From the IMG/VR virus record IMGVR_UViG_3300048599_000270, positions 1 through 35,662 of that record: a stretch of DNA of 35,662 nt; one strand, 5' to 3'. Source of the stretch: a virus (Duplodnaviria; Caudoviricetes). The number at the start of each line of letters is the position of its first letter. Position 1 is the stretch's first letter. The notes beneath the pieces were generated by a model. The model did no database searches, was not told the DNA's origin, and worked only from the letters and a program-made list of their open reading frames with translations. Of the stretch, positions 24,807 to 33,343 are shown one piece after another. The position numbers and the translations under genes were made by a program.

Positions 24807-27179
24807 ATGGCGCTGACCAGCAAGCTAGGCACTGGCGACTCCCTGCTGGCGAACGTCGAGTTGGCGTTTGCCGGTGCCGCCCCGAGCGCGCCGGCAATCA
24901 CGATGCAGAGCGGGCAACTCGGTGGTCAACTGGGCGTTACGGTCCTCGCCTTGGCGGGAGGGGAAGGTCCATCGACCTTCAACGTCTCGGCCGAGAGCGT
25001 GCTGACAGTTGGGCAGGCGGCGGCATCCGATCCGACCTTCGCGGCCCATTCCACGCCGGATTGGGTGCTCGGTGGGCACGATTCGCAACTCGGCGGCCTG
25101 GTGCCGGCCTTCGATGGCGCGCCGCCCTCGCGTCCGACGCCCACCACGCAGAGCGGTCAACTGGGCACGGCTTTGGGCGACGTGGTTTTCGGCCTGGACG
25201 GAGTAGCCGGCCCTCGGGTCTTTCATCTTTGGGCCGAAAGCGCGTTGGCGATCGCGCACACGGCCGATCCTACTCCAACCTTCGCACCCCGTTCGTCCCC
25301 TCGTTGGGTCTTGGGCGGCCAGGATTCCTGCCTGGGCGGCGTGACACTGGCCTCTGATGGTCCAGCCGACGCCCGGCCGTTGACCGGCAGCCTGACCGGG
25401 ACACTGGGCACGGCCAACTCGCTGCTGTGCGGCGTGCGTTTGGCTCTCGGCCTGCAAGAGGGCGAGGGCACCGCAGCCTTCGTCTACGCGGACGCCGCCA
25501 GCCCATTGTCGCTCTCGCAGACGGCCGCGGCGGCGGTCGCCCGACCGGCAACGGCCGAATCGGTAATCGGCTTGAACAGCACCGCCAGCCGCAACAATCT
25601 CCTCAGCGCCTCAGCTACGTCGCCCGTAGATTTGACGGATGCCGCCGGACGCAACAACCTGCTCGCGGCCAGTGCCCAGTCTCCGCTGAGCCTGGACGCC
25701 GCAGCCGCGTTCGCCATCGCAAAGGCCGTGCCCGCTTCCAGCGAAGTCGCCATGACCGATGCGGCCGAAGTAAGTGCCGTGAGAGCGCTGTCGGCCGAGA
25801 GCATCGTCGCCCTGACCGATGCCGCCGAGACGACCGGCCGAACGATCTTCGAGGTTGCCGCGGAGTCGCCTTTGGCATTGGGCGTCGAAGCAGGTTTCAC
25901 GGCGGTTCACGTTGTATCAACTTCCAGCACGCTTGCCTTGGGGAGCACGGCCGGACGCAACAACTTCGTCAGCGTCAGCGCCGAGTCCACGATCAGCCTG
26001 GCGGGCGCGGCCGGACGCAACCAGATTCTTCCGGCAAGCGCCTCGTCGATCCTCAGCCTTGGCTCGACGGCCGCGCAGGTCGGCCGGCTGTTGCAGGCGG
26101 CGGCAACCAGCGAGTTGTCGCTGACCGATGGGGCCATCGCCCGCCAAAGCGCGGTCCACAACGCCGAGTGCTGGGACTGGATCGAACTGTACGACGAGGC
26201 CACGGTGAGCATCGTGCGGAACCTGTCCGCACAGAACGCGATCAACCTGGTCCAGACCGAGCACACGGGGCGGCCGTGGTACTTGTCGGCCGCAAGCCCG
26301 TTGCAGTCGCTCAGTTACCAGTACGATCCGGCGACCGACACCTTCTACCCCGTGTACGAGGGTTTGCGGGACTTGGCCCATTCGGCTCGGCCGCTTTCGG
26401 CCTCCGCTCGCCAGTCGATCCCTCTGGCGCAATCGGCGTCGGCTGTGCGCGTCAAGCCCAGCGCGATAAGCGTTTCCGCCGAAAGCGTCCTGGACCTGTT
26501 GGGCGAGGTCCGCATCAACCAGACCGGCGGGGCCGGCAACTGGCTGGCACTGGGCCAGTCGGCCACGGTAAACAAGTGCAAGGTGGTCCGGTCGGTGCTG
26601 GACCTGTCGCAAGAGGCGGCCGTGCTGGTCAACGTCCCGCGCGGGGCGGCCTCAGCCCTCGGCTTGCAGCAGGCGGCGACCTACACCATCGTCTCGCGTC
26701 GCGCCCTCCAACAGTACAACCCGTTCGTCGGGGCCGGGGCCGACCAGTCGCCGACGCCGCCCCCGCCGCTGTTGGAAGCGCCGGAGTACGTCGCCCTGCC
26801 GTTTCAGTTGTTCTACCCGGCCGAAGGCGTCGTGACGGATTCGGTCACGATGCGGGCACCGAACCTCGGCAACAAGGATCGCCTCAGCTTCAACCGCATC
26901 CTGCGGGAGACCCGTGGCGGTACGCTGATCGTCTTCGCCGATCCGATCTGGCCGAAGATTCAGACCCTCGTGCTGACGTTCTCCGGCCTGCGCAACGCTC
27001 AGACCCGGCAGTTGCTCGCCTTTCTGGACGCGCACCTCGGTGGAGAGATCGGCCTGCTGGATTGGGAGGGCCGGACCTGGAAAGGCATCATCACGACACC
27101 GACTGATCCGGTCGTCCAGGACGGCAAGGACAGCTATACGGCCAGCATGGAGTTCGAGGGCGAGTTGGTGCCGGCATAG
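24807..27179 (+). CDS. Tail protein: N-terminal LG-motif region, ~20-aa beta-strand repeats, C-terminal distal-tail (Dit)-like domain
   Basis: Repeats such as SAESxLxLxxxA; C-terminus RETRGGTL..TLVLTFSGL..LLAFL..DWEGRTWKG..MEFEG. Confidence 0.7.
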   Translation: MALTSKLGTGDSLLANVELAFAGAAPSAPAITMQSGQLGGQLGVTVLALAGGEGPSTFNVSAESVLTVGQAAASDPTFAAHSTPDWVLGGHDSQLGGLVPAFDGAPPSRPTPTTQSGQLGTALGDVVFGLDGVAGPRVFHLWAESALAIAHTADPTPTFAPRSSPRWVLGGQDSCLGGVTLASDGPADARPLTGSLTGTLGTANSLLCGVRLALGLQEGEGTAAFVYADAASPLSLSQTAAAAVARPATAESVIGLNSTASRNNLLSASATSPVDLTDAAGRNNLLAASAQSPLSLDAAAAFAIAKAVPASSEVAMTDAAEVSAVRALSAESIVALTDAAETTGRTIFEVAAESPLALGVEAGFTAVHVVSTSSTLALGSTAGRNNFVSVSAESTISLAGAAGRNQILPASASSILSLGSTAAQVGRLLQAAATSELSLTDGAIARQSAVHNAECWDWIELYDEATVSIVRNLSAQNAINLVQTEHTGRPWYLSAASPLQSLSYQYDPATDTFYPVYEGLRDLAHSARPLSASARQSIPLAQSASAVRVKPSAISVSAESVLDLLGEVRINQTGGAGNWLALGQSATVNKCKVVRSVLDLSQEAAVLVNVPRGAASALGLQQAATYTIVSRRALQQYNPFVGAGADQSPTPPPPLLEAPEYVALPFQLFYPAEGVVTDSVTMRAPNLGNKDRLSFNRILRETRGGTLIVFADPIWPKIQTLVLTFSGLRNAQTRQLLAFLDAHLGGEIGLLDWEGRTWKGIITTPTDPVVQDGKDSYTASMEFEGELVPA

Positions 27180-27205
27180 TGCCAACTTGGTGCCGGCTTA
27201 GTGCC
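27165..27205 (+). repeat. 19-bp direct repeat, period 22, one mismatch
   Basis: TTGGTGCCGGCATAGTGCC at 27165 and TTGGTGCCGGCTTAGTGCC at 27187. Confidence 0.8.
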
Positions 27206-27221
27206 TAGCGAGGAGAGCCCC

Positions 27222-27620
27222 ATGTTCACGCTTGCAGCCCCGTACCCGATGCTACAGACCACGACGCTCCTGCCCAACCCGCAGTTCAGCAATCAAGAGG
27301 GCCTGACCGCGACCATCACGCGCAAGACGGCAATGGACGGCACCCGGTACACCTACGTCAAGCGTAAGGGGGACCGGCGGAAGCTAAAGTGGACCTTTCG
27401 GCTGATGCGTAACAAGGGCCTCGAACTGCGGGCCTTTCTCTTCGCCTATTTCGCTTCGACGGTGAAGGTGATCGACCACGACGGGCGAGTCTGGGTCGGC
27501 AACTTTACCAACAATCCATTCGAGTTTGAGACGACGGCGCGAGCGGCACCGGCCATCGCGCCGATGCCGCTGGGCGAAACGCAGATGATCGACTTGGAGT
27601 TTGAGGGAGTAGAGCAGTGA
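27222..27620 (+). CDS. Small distal-tail (Dit)-like protein, paralogue of the preceding C-terminal domain
   Basis: ATG 27222 after AGGAG. RKTAMDGT..LKWTF..LRAFL..DHDGRVWVG..LEFEG aligns with the upstream domain. Confidence 0.7.
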   Translation: MFTLAAPYPMLQTTTLLPNPQFSNQEGLTATITRKTAMDGTRYTYVKRKGDRRKLKWTFRLMRNKGLELRAFLFAYFASTVKVIDHDGRVWVGNFTNNPFEFETTARAAPAIAPMPLGETQMIDLEFEGVEQ

Positions 27621-30520
27621 GAAACATATCTCCCGTTGGATTGGCGAAGCTGACGGCCCGCTGCGGCACCGAACCCATCACCATCATCGAAGTGGATTGG
27701 GTGGACGGCAGCACGGCCGCTTATGCCGACCGCACCGTGGATTCGATCCCTGGGCGGATCATCGAGGTCGGCGATCTCGATAACGTCGTCAACGTGAGCG
27801 ACAACAGCGGCTCGCAGCAGCTTTCCATCACGCTGGACGACACGGACGGCACGATCAAGGTCATCCTGGACAGCCACGACGTTCACAAGCGGACGGCGCG
27901 GGTCTACCAGTATTTCAGTGGACTCGCGCTGTCCGACCGGTTCCTGCTGTTCGCCGGCAAAGTGAGTTCGCCCATTACATGGAGCGAGCGGGACCGCACC
28001 GTCAAGTTCACGATCCTCTCGCAACTGGAGGACAAGGAAATCGGCTTCTCGGCGGAAGAGGGCCAGTTCCCCTACCTGCCGGCCGACATGGTGGGAAAGG
28101 CGTGGCCGATGATCTTCGGCAAGGTGGTCAACTGCCCTGCGCTCCAGGTCAACAAGGCCGTGTCCGGCACGACGCTGACCGCCACCGGCATCCTCAGCGG
28201 CATGGAGTTGTGGGAAACGCTCTCGGACGGGGCCGATGATTCGCAGTTCACCATGAGCTTGCTGGTGATGCTCGCGCAGATCAGCCACTTGAAGAAGGTG
28301 AAGGAATGCTGGGCACCGCCCTTCCACACGCCCGTGGACGCCAAGAAGGCCGACGATCTCCAGAAGCAGATCGACTCGCTCAACCAACAAGTGCAGCAGG
28401 CGATCGCGCGGCAGAGCAAGCAACGGGCCTGCGCCCTGGCCCGCAAGCGGCAGCAGATCGACGAGGCCAACGCTAAGGGCGTGGGCGAGAACCCCATCCA
28501 CATTCTCGGCGGCGAAGACTTCCCGCAGAATAGGCAAATCACGCTCAACATCAACGGCGGCCTGTTCATCGGCCATTTCGAGGGCGACCTGTTCTACGTC
28601 ACCGGCCGCTCGCATCCGGCGAATGACGGCGCGGCGCAAGCCGCCTACACCGAGAAGACTGCCGAGCCGGCGATCTGCCGCGAGCCAACGCAGACCACCT
28701 ATTACCGCTGGGAAGACGAAGTGCCCAACGGCTGCGGCGACGGCTTCCCCAAGGGAAACAAGATTCTCGACCAGGGCGTCGTGATTACCAACACCAGCGC
28801 CACGGTCAGCGAGATGGACACGACGCCGGTGGCCCAGCACTTCTGGGTCGATCCCGGCGCGAGCGTCACGCTCGCCAGCGACGAGCCGATTAACTACATC
28901 GCATCCATCGTGCCGGGGACGGTGCTCGCTGTGCGGGCCTACAAGCAGCTTACCGGCGAGCGGCGGCTGGTGGACGTGCCGACCGACTTGTACACGGCCC
29001 AGACGAAGACCTACGGGACCGTTACGGCGGTCGAGATCGTCGTCAACAAGCCGCTCTCGACGATTACCGACCAGGGATGGAGCGACGATCTCTACGTCAC
29101 GTTCGAGTCGAGCGTCGGCCCGGACATCGTGGCAATCCTCAAGTACCTGATCTCCCACTACACGGACCTGACGTGGGACGCCGCCAGCTTCGACCACGTT
29201 CAAGCGAAGCTCGCCCCGTTCCCGGCCAATTTCCCAATCCTGGACCGGAAGAACACGATCCAGGTCTTGCAGGAGATCGCCTTCCAAGCCCGATGCGCCA
29301 TCTGGATCAGCAACGGCAAGTTCTATCTCAAGTACCTGCCCGAGCAGCCGACGCCGGCCGATACGATCCGGGTAAGCGACATCGACGCCGAGAGCGGCAT
29401 CGAAGTCGAGTTGACCAGCACGGAAGAGATTGTGACGAAGATGAAGGTGAAGTGGCGGCTGAGTTGGGCCGCCACCTCGGATCGCAAGCAGGACACCAAC
29501 GAGAAGACGATCATCCTGCGGCATAACGTCGCCAAGTACGGCACGCAGGAGCAGGAATACGACTGGTACATCTTCAACCAGCCCGACATCGTGTACAAGT
29601 GCGCCACATTCTGGCTCGTGCGCAAGTCGAACACCTGGAAGCGGATCAGGTTCAAGACCTTCCTGAACAAGCTGAACCTGGAGACGTTCGACGCCGTGAC
29701 ATTGGACTTCGCGGACCATTATGTGGCAAGCGGCCCCGTGCTGGCAATTGTGGAGAAGGCCAATTACAACTCGGCGGACAACCTGGTGGATTTCGAGTGC
29801 CTGGTGCCGGTGCTGGCGGGGAAGATGGGACAGTACAGGTTCTTCTGGCCGGCGGCCTTGCCTTCCACCGACACCTGGCCGCCCGCCGACGAGATCGCGG
29901 CGGGGCAGGCCGGCGGCGGCGGGATCGGCGGCGGGGCGACCGGCAGCTTGCCCGTGGGCGACACATCCTCGATTCCCGCTAGCAGCATCGTCTTCGTGGG
30001 CGGCCCGAACGTCGTGTTCAAGGCCCGCAGCGATTGGGGCGACCGCACTCCTTCGGATACCGGCTTCGCTGCCCAGCCCGTGGTGGACAATTCGACCTAC
30101 ATCAACCTCTCACCCGGATCGCGTCCGAGGTTGAATCTGAACGTCTACAAGCGGCGCGGCCTGCCGGCCATCACCCCCTACAAGACGACGACCACGGAAG
30201 TCACCGTCGATCTGCACAAGACAAAGGTGCTCGACACCTCCGGCAGCGAAACGAAGGTGGCTTCCTTGTCGTCGATCTTCCACGGCATCAACGAAGACGG
30301 CGACTTGACGATTGACCGCTCGGCCTTGGTGGCTGACGACGAACACGAGGAAGGCCAGCCGTTGTCCGACGTGCTCAAGAACGGCGAGGACTACTTGGCG
30401 ATCCGCACGGACGTTTCCATGTGGGACTCGACCTACGGCGAACACGAGTTCGATTTCGCCTTCGACTTTATGACCGAGAAGTTCGGCGCGGGGACCGCCT
30501 TCCTGCAAAGCGAGGATTGA
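27617..30520 (+). CDS. Tail tip hub/central fibre protein, 967 aa
   Basis: GTGA overlap. MRNIS..EPITIIEVDW, LLFAGKVS, WPMIFGKV, VLQEIAFQARCAIW and LETFDAVTL hub-type motifs; follows the Dit-like genes. Confidence 0.75.
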   Translation: MRNISPVGLAKLTARCGTEPITIIEVDWVDGSTAAYADRTVDSIPGRIIEVGDLDNVVNVSDNSGSQQLSITLDDTDGTIKVILDSHDVHKRTARVYQYFSGLALSDRFLLFAGKVSSPITWSERDRTVKFTILSQLEDKEIGFSAEEGQFPYLPADMVGKAWPMIFGKVVNCPALQVNKAVSGTTLTATGILSGMELWETLSDGADDSQFTMSLLVMLAQISHLKKVKECWAPPFHTPVDAKKADDLQKQIDSLNQQVQQAIARQSKQRACALARKRQQIDEANAKGVGENPIHILGGEDFPQNRQITLNINGGLFIGHFEGDLFYVTGRSHPANDGAAQAAYTEKTAEPAICREPTQTTYYRWEDEVPNGCGDGFPKGNKILDQGVVITNTSATVSEMDTTPVAQHFWVDPGASVTLASDEPINYIASIVPGTVLAVRAYKQLTGERRLVDVPTDLYTAQTKTYGTVTAVEIVVNKPLSTITDQGWSDDLYVTFESSVGPDIVAILKYLISHYTDLTWDAASFDHVQAKLAPFPANFPILDRKNTIQVLQEIAFQARCAIWISNGKFYLKYLPEQPTPADTIRVSDIDAESGIEVELTSTEEIVTKMKVKWRLSWAATSDRKQDTNEKTIILRHNVAKYGTQEQEYDWYIFNQPDIVYKCATFWLVRKSNTWKRIRFKTFLNKLNLETFDAVTLDFADHYVASGPVLAIVEKANYNSADNLVDFECLVPVLAGKMGQYRFFWPAALPSTDTWPPADEIAAGQAGGGGIGGGATGSLPVGDTSSIPASSIVFVGGPNVVFKARSDWGDRTPSDTGFAAQPVVDNSTYINLSPGSRPRLNLNVYKRRGLPAITPYKTTTTEVTVDLHKTKVLDTSGSETKVASLSSIFHGINEDGDLTIDRSALVADDEHEEGQPLSDVLKNGEDYLAIRTDVSMWDSTYGEHEFDFAFDFMTEKFGAGTAFLQSED

Positions 30521-30523
30521 ATC

Positions 30524-31357
30524 ATGGCTGCCCTGTATCCTCTGACGCTCGACGCTTGGAACAGTCTGCTCGGCAGGATCAACAGCCTTGCCTCGTATCC
30601 GCCGAACGGTTGCGATCCAGTCGCGCCGCTATCGCCCGCCACCGCGCCGCACAAGTGGAGCGCGAGGGACATCACGGCCGCCCAGGACAAGCTCAAGGAG
30701 ATCTGCTCCGACAACACCTTCACGACGCCCACGGCCGGAGTACCCGGCGGCAAGTGGCGGAAGCTCTATATCGACGAACTTGAGGAGGCCATCGACAACG
30801 GCTGGTGCAACTGTGAGCCGGAGTTGCCCTGCTGCATCCCCAATGGGCAAGGAACGGTTTGGATTGAAGGCCCCGGCGGCGGCTATTACGTGACAATTCC
30901 CTATTGGCAGGTCATCGAACAATACCTCTTCGGGAACATCGACTACGGGGCGGCTGAAGCGGCTTTGCCTGATGGCGTCATGGCGCACCTGGTCGAGTGC
31001 TACGGCAGCGGTCAGGGCTACATCGCCCACAGCTTCCACCATGCCCATTGGGTGAATTGCGTCTACCGGGACTTCTGGCTGGACACCGGCGCAGCGAGAG
31101 GTGACGAGTATTGGAGCACCTGCGGTGAAGACCCGGATGAAGTCACCTACCTGGGGCGCGTGCCGTCGCTAGCCCCAAGCTATCCGAGCAGCACGTCGGT
31201 CGGATCGACGACCTATTACGACCAGCCGATGTTCACGCAGTATCTTTACGACTACATCGAGCAGCGATGGTATGAGAGCCGGTTGATCGGGTACTTCGAG
31301 GTCAATGCGTACTGGTACTACTTCTCGTACTGGTCGCTGTTCCAGTGCCAAGCGTGA
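30524..31357 (+). CDS. Putative tail-tip-associated protein, Cys- and aromatic-rich
   Basis: SD GAGG; last gene of the tail run. N-terminal WNSLLGRIN / DITAAQDKL / IDELEEAID helical repeats and a Tyr/Trp-rich C-terminus. Confidence 0.55.
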   Translation: MAALYPLTLDAWNSLLGRINSLASYPPNGCDPVAPLSPATAPHKWSARDITAAQDKLKEICSDNTFTTPTAGVPGGKWRKLYIDELEEAIDNGWCNCEPELPCCIPNGQGTVWIEGPGGGYYVTIPYWQVIEQYLFGNIDYGAAEAALPDGVMAHLVECYGSGQGYIAHSFHHAHWVNCVYRDFWLDTGAARGDEYWSTCGEDPDEVTYLGRVPSLAPSYPSSTSVGSTTYYDQPMFTQYLYDYIEQRWYESRLIGYFEVNAYWYYFSYWSLFQCQA

Positions 31358-31411
31358 CACGCAAGGGGACCGAGTGGCGGCAAGTGGACCTCATCGGAGC
31401 AAACGCCTTTT

Positions 31412-31975
31412 CTATTCGGTTATCTCCCGGATCACTCGGCACGGATTGCCGGCGGCGAACACCGCGTTAGGGATGTTGCGGGTGACGACGCTCCCCGCCC
31501 CGATGACCGTCCGGGAACCGATTGTCACGCCGGGGCAGATGATTGCTCCGCCGCCGATCCAGACATCGGAACCGATCTCGATGGGCTTGCCGAACTCCTG
31601 TTTTCGTCGCAAGGCGGCGTTCATGGGATGGGTGGCTGTGTAAATCTGGACCGCCGGCCCCAGCAGCGTGTAGTCGCCGATCTTCACCTGGCATACGTCG
31701 AGGACCACGCAGTTGAAGTTGAAGTACACCCGTTGGCCCAGCAAGATGTTCGACCCGTAATCGCAGAAAAACGGCGGCTGCATCCAGACCGACTCGCCGC
31801 CTTGGCCGAAAAGGGCCGTGACGATGCGGCGGCGGGCGTCTTGATCTGCTTCCCGAGTAGCGTTCAAGTCCTGGCACAAGTCGCGGGCGCGCTGCCGGGC
31901 CTCGACAAGGGCGGCGTCCAGCGGGTCGTACAGTTCACCGGCCAACATCTTCTCGAATTCGGTTCGCATACTCAT
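31412..31975 (-). CDS. maa: Sugar (maltose-type) O-acetyltransferase, hexapeptide repeat
   Basis: EKMLAGELYDP, PPFFCDYGSNI, QIYTATHP, IGSDVWIGGGAIICPGVTIG and AAGNPCRVIR. Confidence 0.92.
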   Translation of the reverse strand: MSMRTEFEKMLAGELYDPLDAALVEARQRARDLCQDLNATREADQDARRRIVTALFGQGGESVWMQPPFFCDYGSNILLGQRVYFNFNCVVLDVCQVKIGDYTLLGPAVQIYTATHPMNAALRRKQEFGKPIEIGSDVWIGGGAIICPGVTIGSRTVIGAGSVVTRNIPNAVFAAGNPCRVIREITE

Positions 31976-32122
31976 GCCTGATGGAATCGACCTTGCGGCT
32001 TGTGGGGGCCGTTCGGAACTGGGAACGGGCCGAACGGCTCGGTTCTCCTTTCGTTACGCGATGGTGGAATAGTACGCAGTCAATGCCGGTCTTGGAATAG
32101 TGTCTTAGCGGCAGTGCGGTTA

Positions 32123-32167
32123 GACAACGTGCCCAGGTGGTTGCTCACTGGGCACTTGTCGTTTCTT
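32123..32167 (+). promoter_or_regulatory. Terminator-like hairpin just upstream of the SPFH ribosome-binding site
   Basis: GACAA-c-GTGCCCAG...CTGGGCAC-TTGTC followed by GTTTCTT. Confidence 0.4.
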
Positions 32168-32181
32168 GAGAGGATCATCCT

Positions 32182-32757
32182 ATGGAAAGCGCGTTTGCAT
32201 GGCTGAACCAGTTGTTCCAGGCCGTCTACCAGTTCTTTCCCCGCATCCTTATCGTGCGGGCCACGCACGGCGGCGTGAAATGGGTGCGAGGCAAGCGTGT
32301 CAAGCTGCTCGTGCCGGGCCTGCACGTCTATTGGCCGCTCACGACCGACGTGGAAGTGATCGTGACCGCCCGGCAGACGCTCGCCATCCCGGACCAGGTG
32401 ATGGCCACCAAGGACGGTACGAAGGTCGTGGTCAAGACGCTGGTGGTCTACCGGATTCCCGACCCCGTGCGGGCCATCGGCAAGCTGAACTGGGACGTGG
32501 ACACGACGATAAACGACCTGACGCAATCGGCCGTGGTCCGCGTGATCGCCACACACACCTACGAAGAGATCATGGCGGGCATCCGGGACGAATCGCTCAC
32601 CAAGACCCTGACCAAAGAAACCCGCCGCGAACTGCGGCAGTTCGGCGTCCACGTCACCCGCTGCAAGCTGGTGGACTTCTCCGACTGCAAGGTCTACAAG
32701 CTGCTCACCAGCCAGGCTGATCGGCAGGGAATGGCGACGCACCAGTTCTATCAGTAG
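32182..32757 (+). CDS. SPFH/band-7 domain protein
   Basis: GGVKWVRGK..LVPGLHVYWP, QTLAIPDQVMATKDG, VYRIPDP and FGVHVTRCKLVD. SD GAGG. Confidence 0.85.
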   Translation: MESAFAWLNQLFQAVYQFFPRILIVRATHGGVKWVRGKRVKLLVPGLHVYWPLTTDVEVIVTARQTLAIPDQVMATKDGTKVVVKTLVVYRIPDPVRAIGKLNWDVDTTINDLTQSAVVRVIATHTYEEIMAGIRDESLTKTLTKETRRELRQFGVHVTRCKLVDFSDCKVYKLLTSQADRQGMATHQFYQ

Positions 32758-32790
32758 CTTGGGAATCGGCGAGAATTCCCTGATTGTCGT

Positions 32791-33318
32791 TCAGGACTCC
32801 TGTGGCCGTTGGGCCTGGTCCTCCCTGTCAAAGTGCTCCTTGATTCCCGTCAGCCAATCAATGACCTCGCACGGATTATGCGCCGACAGGCCGATCTCGC
32901 CGCGATACTGCCAGTCGGTCGTGCGGTCCCGGAGGATGGGATATAGTTGCTCCCAGTTCTCCAGGACGCTGAACTGACCAGATGTTTTCCGACTGCGCTC
33001 GACGTAGCCGAAATCGAGTGGCACGCCGAAGTATTCCAAGCCGTCTTTCCAAGTGCTGTCAAAGACCAAACCGTCAGGCGTTGAGCACCAAGCGTGGAGC
33101 ACCGGGAAGGACTTCCAATCGTCCCATCCTCGGATCGCATATCCTTCGACGTAGATCAGCTTCCTGCGCCTCGCCAGGCGGAAAGCGTTGTCGAAGCACT
33201 GCCTGAAGCCGCCCGTCCTGATCCCTTTGGGTCTCGGCTGCGGAGTGAAAGGACGCCCATTCGCCAGGACGAAATGCTCGGGATTGTGCCACAGCCAGTC
33301 GCTTCCGACATCGCTCAT
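32791..33318 (-). CDS. Transglutaminase-like Cys-His-Asp protein
   Basis: QCFDNA..YVEGYA..HAWC..VFDSTW..EYFGV. ATG 33318 chosen to avoid overlap with the upstream gene. Confidence 0.65.
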   Translation of the reverse strand: MSDVGSDWLWHNPEHFVLANGRPFTPQPRPKGIRTGGFRQCFDNAFRLARRRKLIYVEGYAIRGWDDWKSFPVLHAWCSTPDGLVFDSTWKDGLEYFGVPLDFGYVERSRKTSGQFSVLENWEQLYPILRDRTTDWQYRGEIGLSAHNPCEVIDWLTGIKEHFDREDQAQRPQES

Positions 33319-33343
33319 CGCCGCGTTTCCTTCGGCCTCGCGG

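Noticed and set aside
3623-29719. Many long alternative-frame and antisense ORFs (e.g. 3623-5128 +, 5692-6948 -, 9222-10508 -, 25427-27106 +, 27446-29719 -)
   Set aside because: They are shadows of high-GC3 genes: Arg/Gly-rich or stop-poor antisense frames with no motifs, fully overlapping well-supported genes.
32055-32100. Fluoride-riboswitch-like GCGATGGTG
   Set aside because: The required pairing partner and downstream conserved elements are absent.
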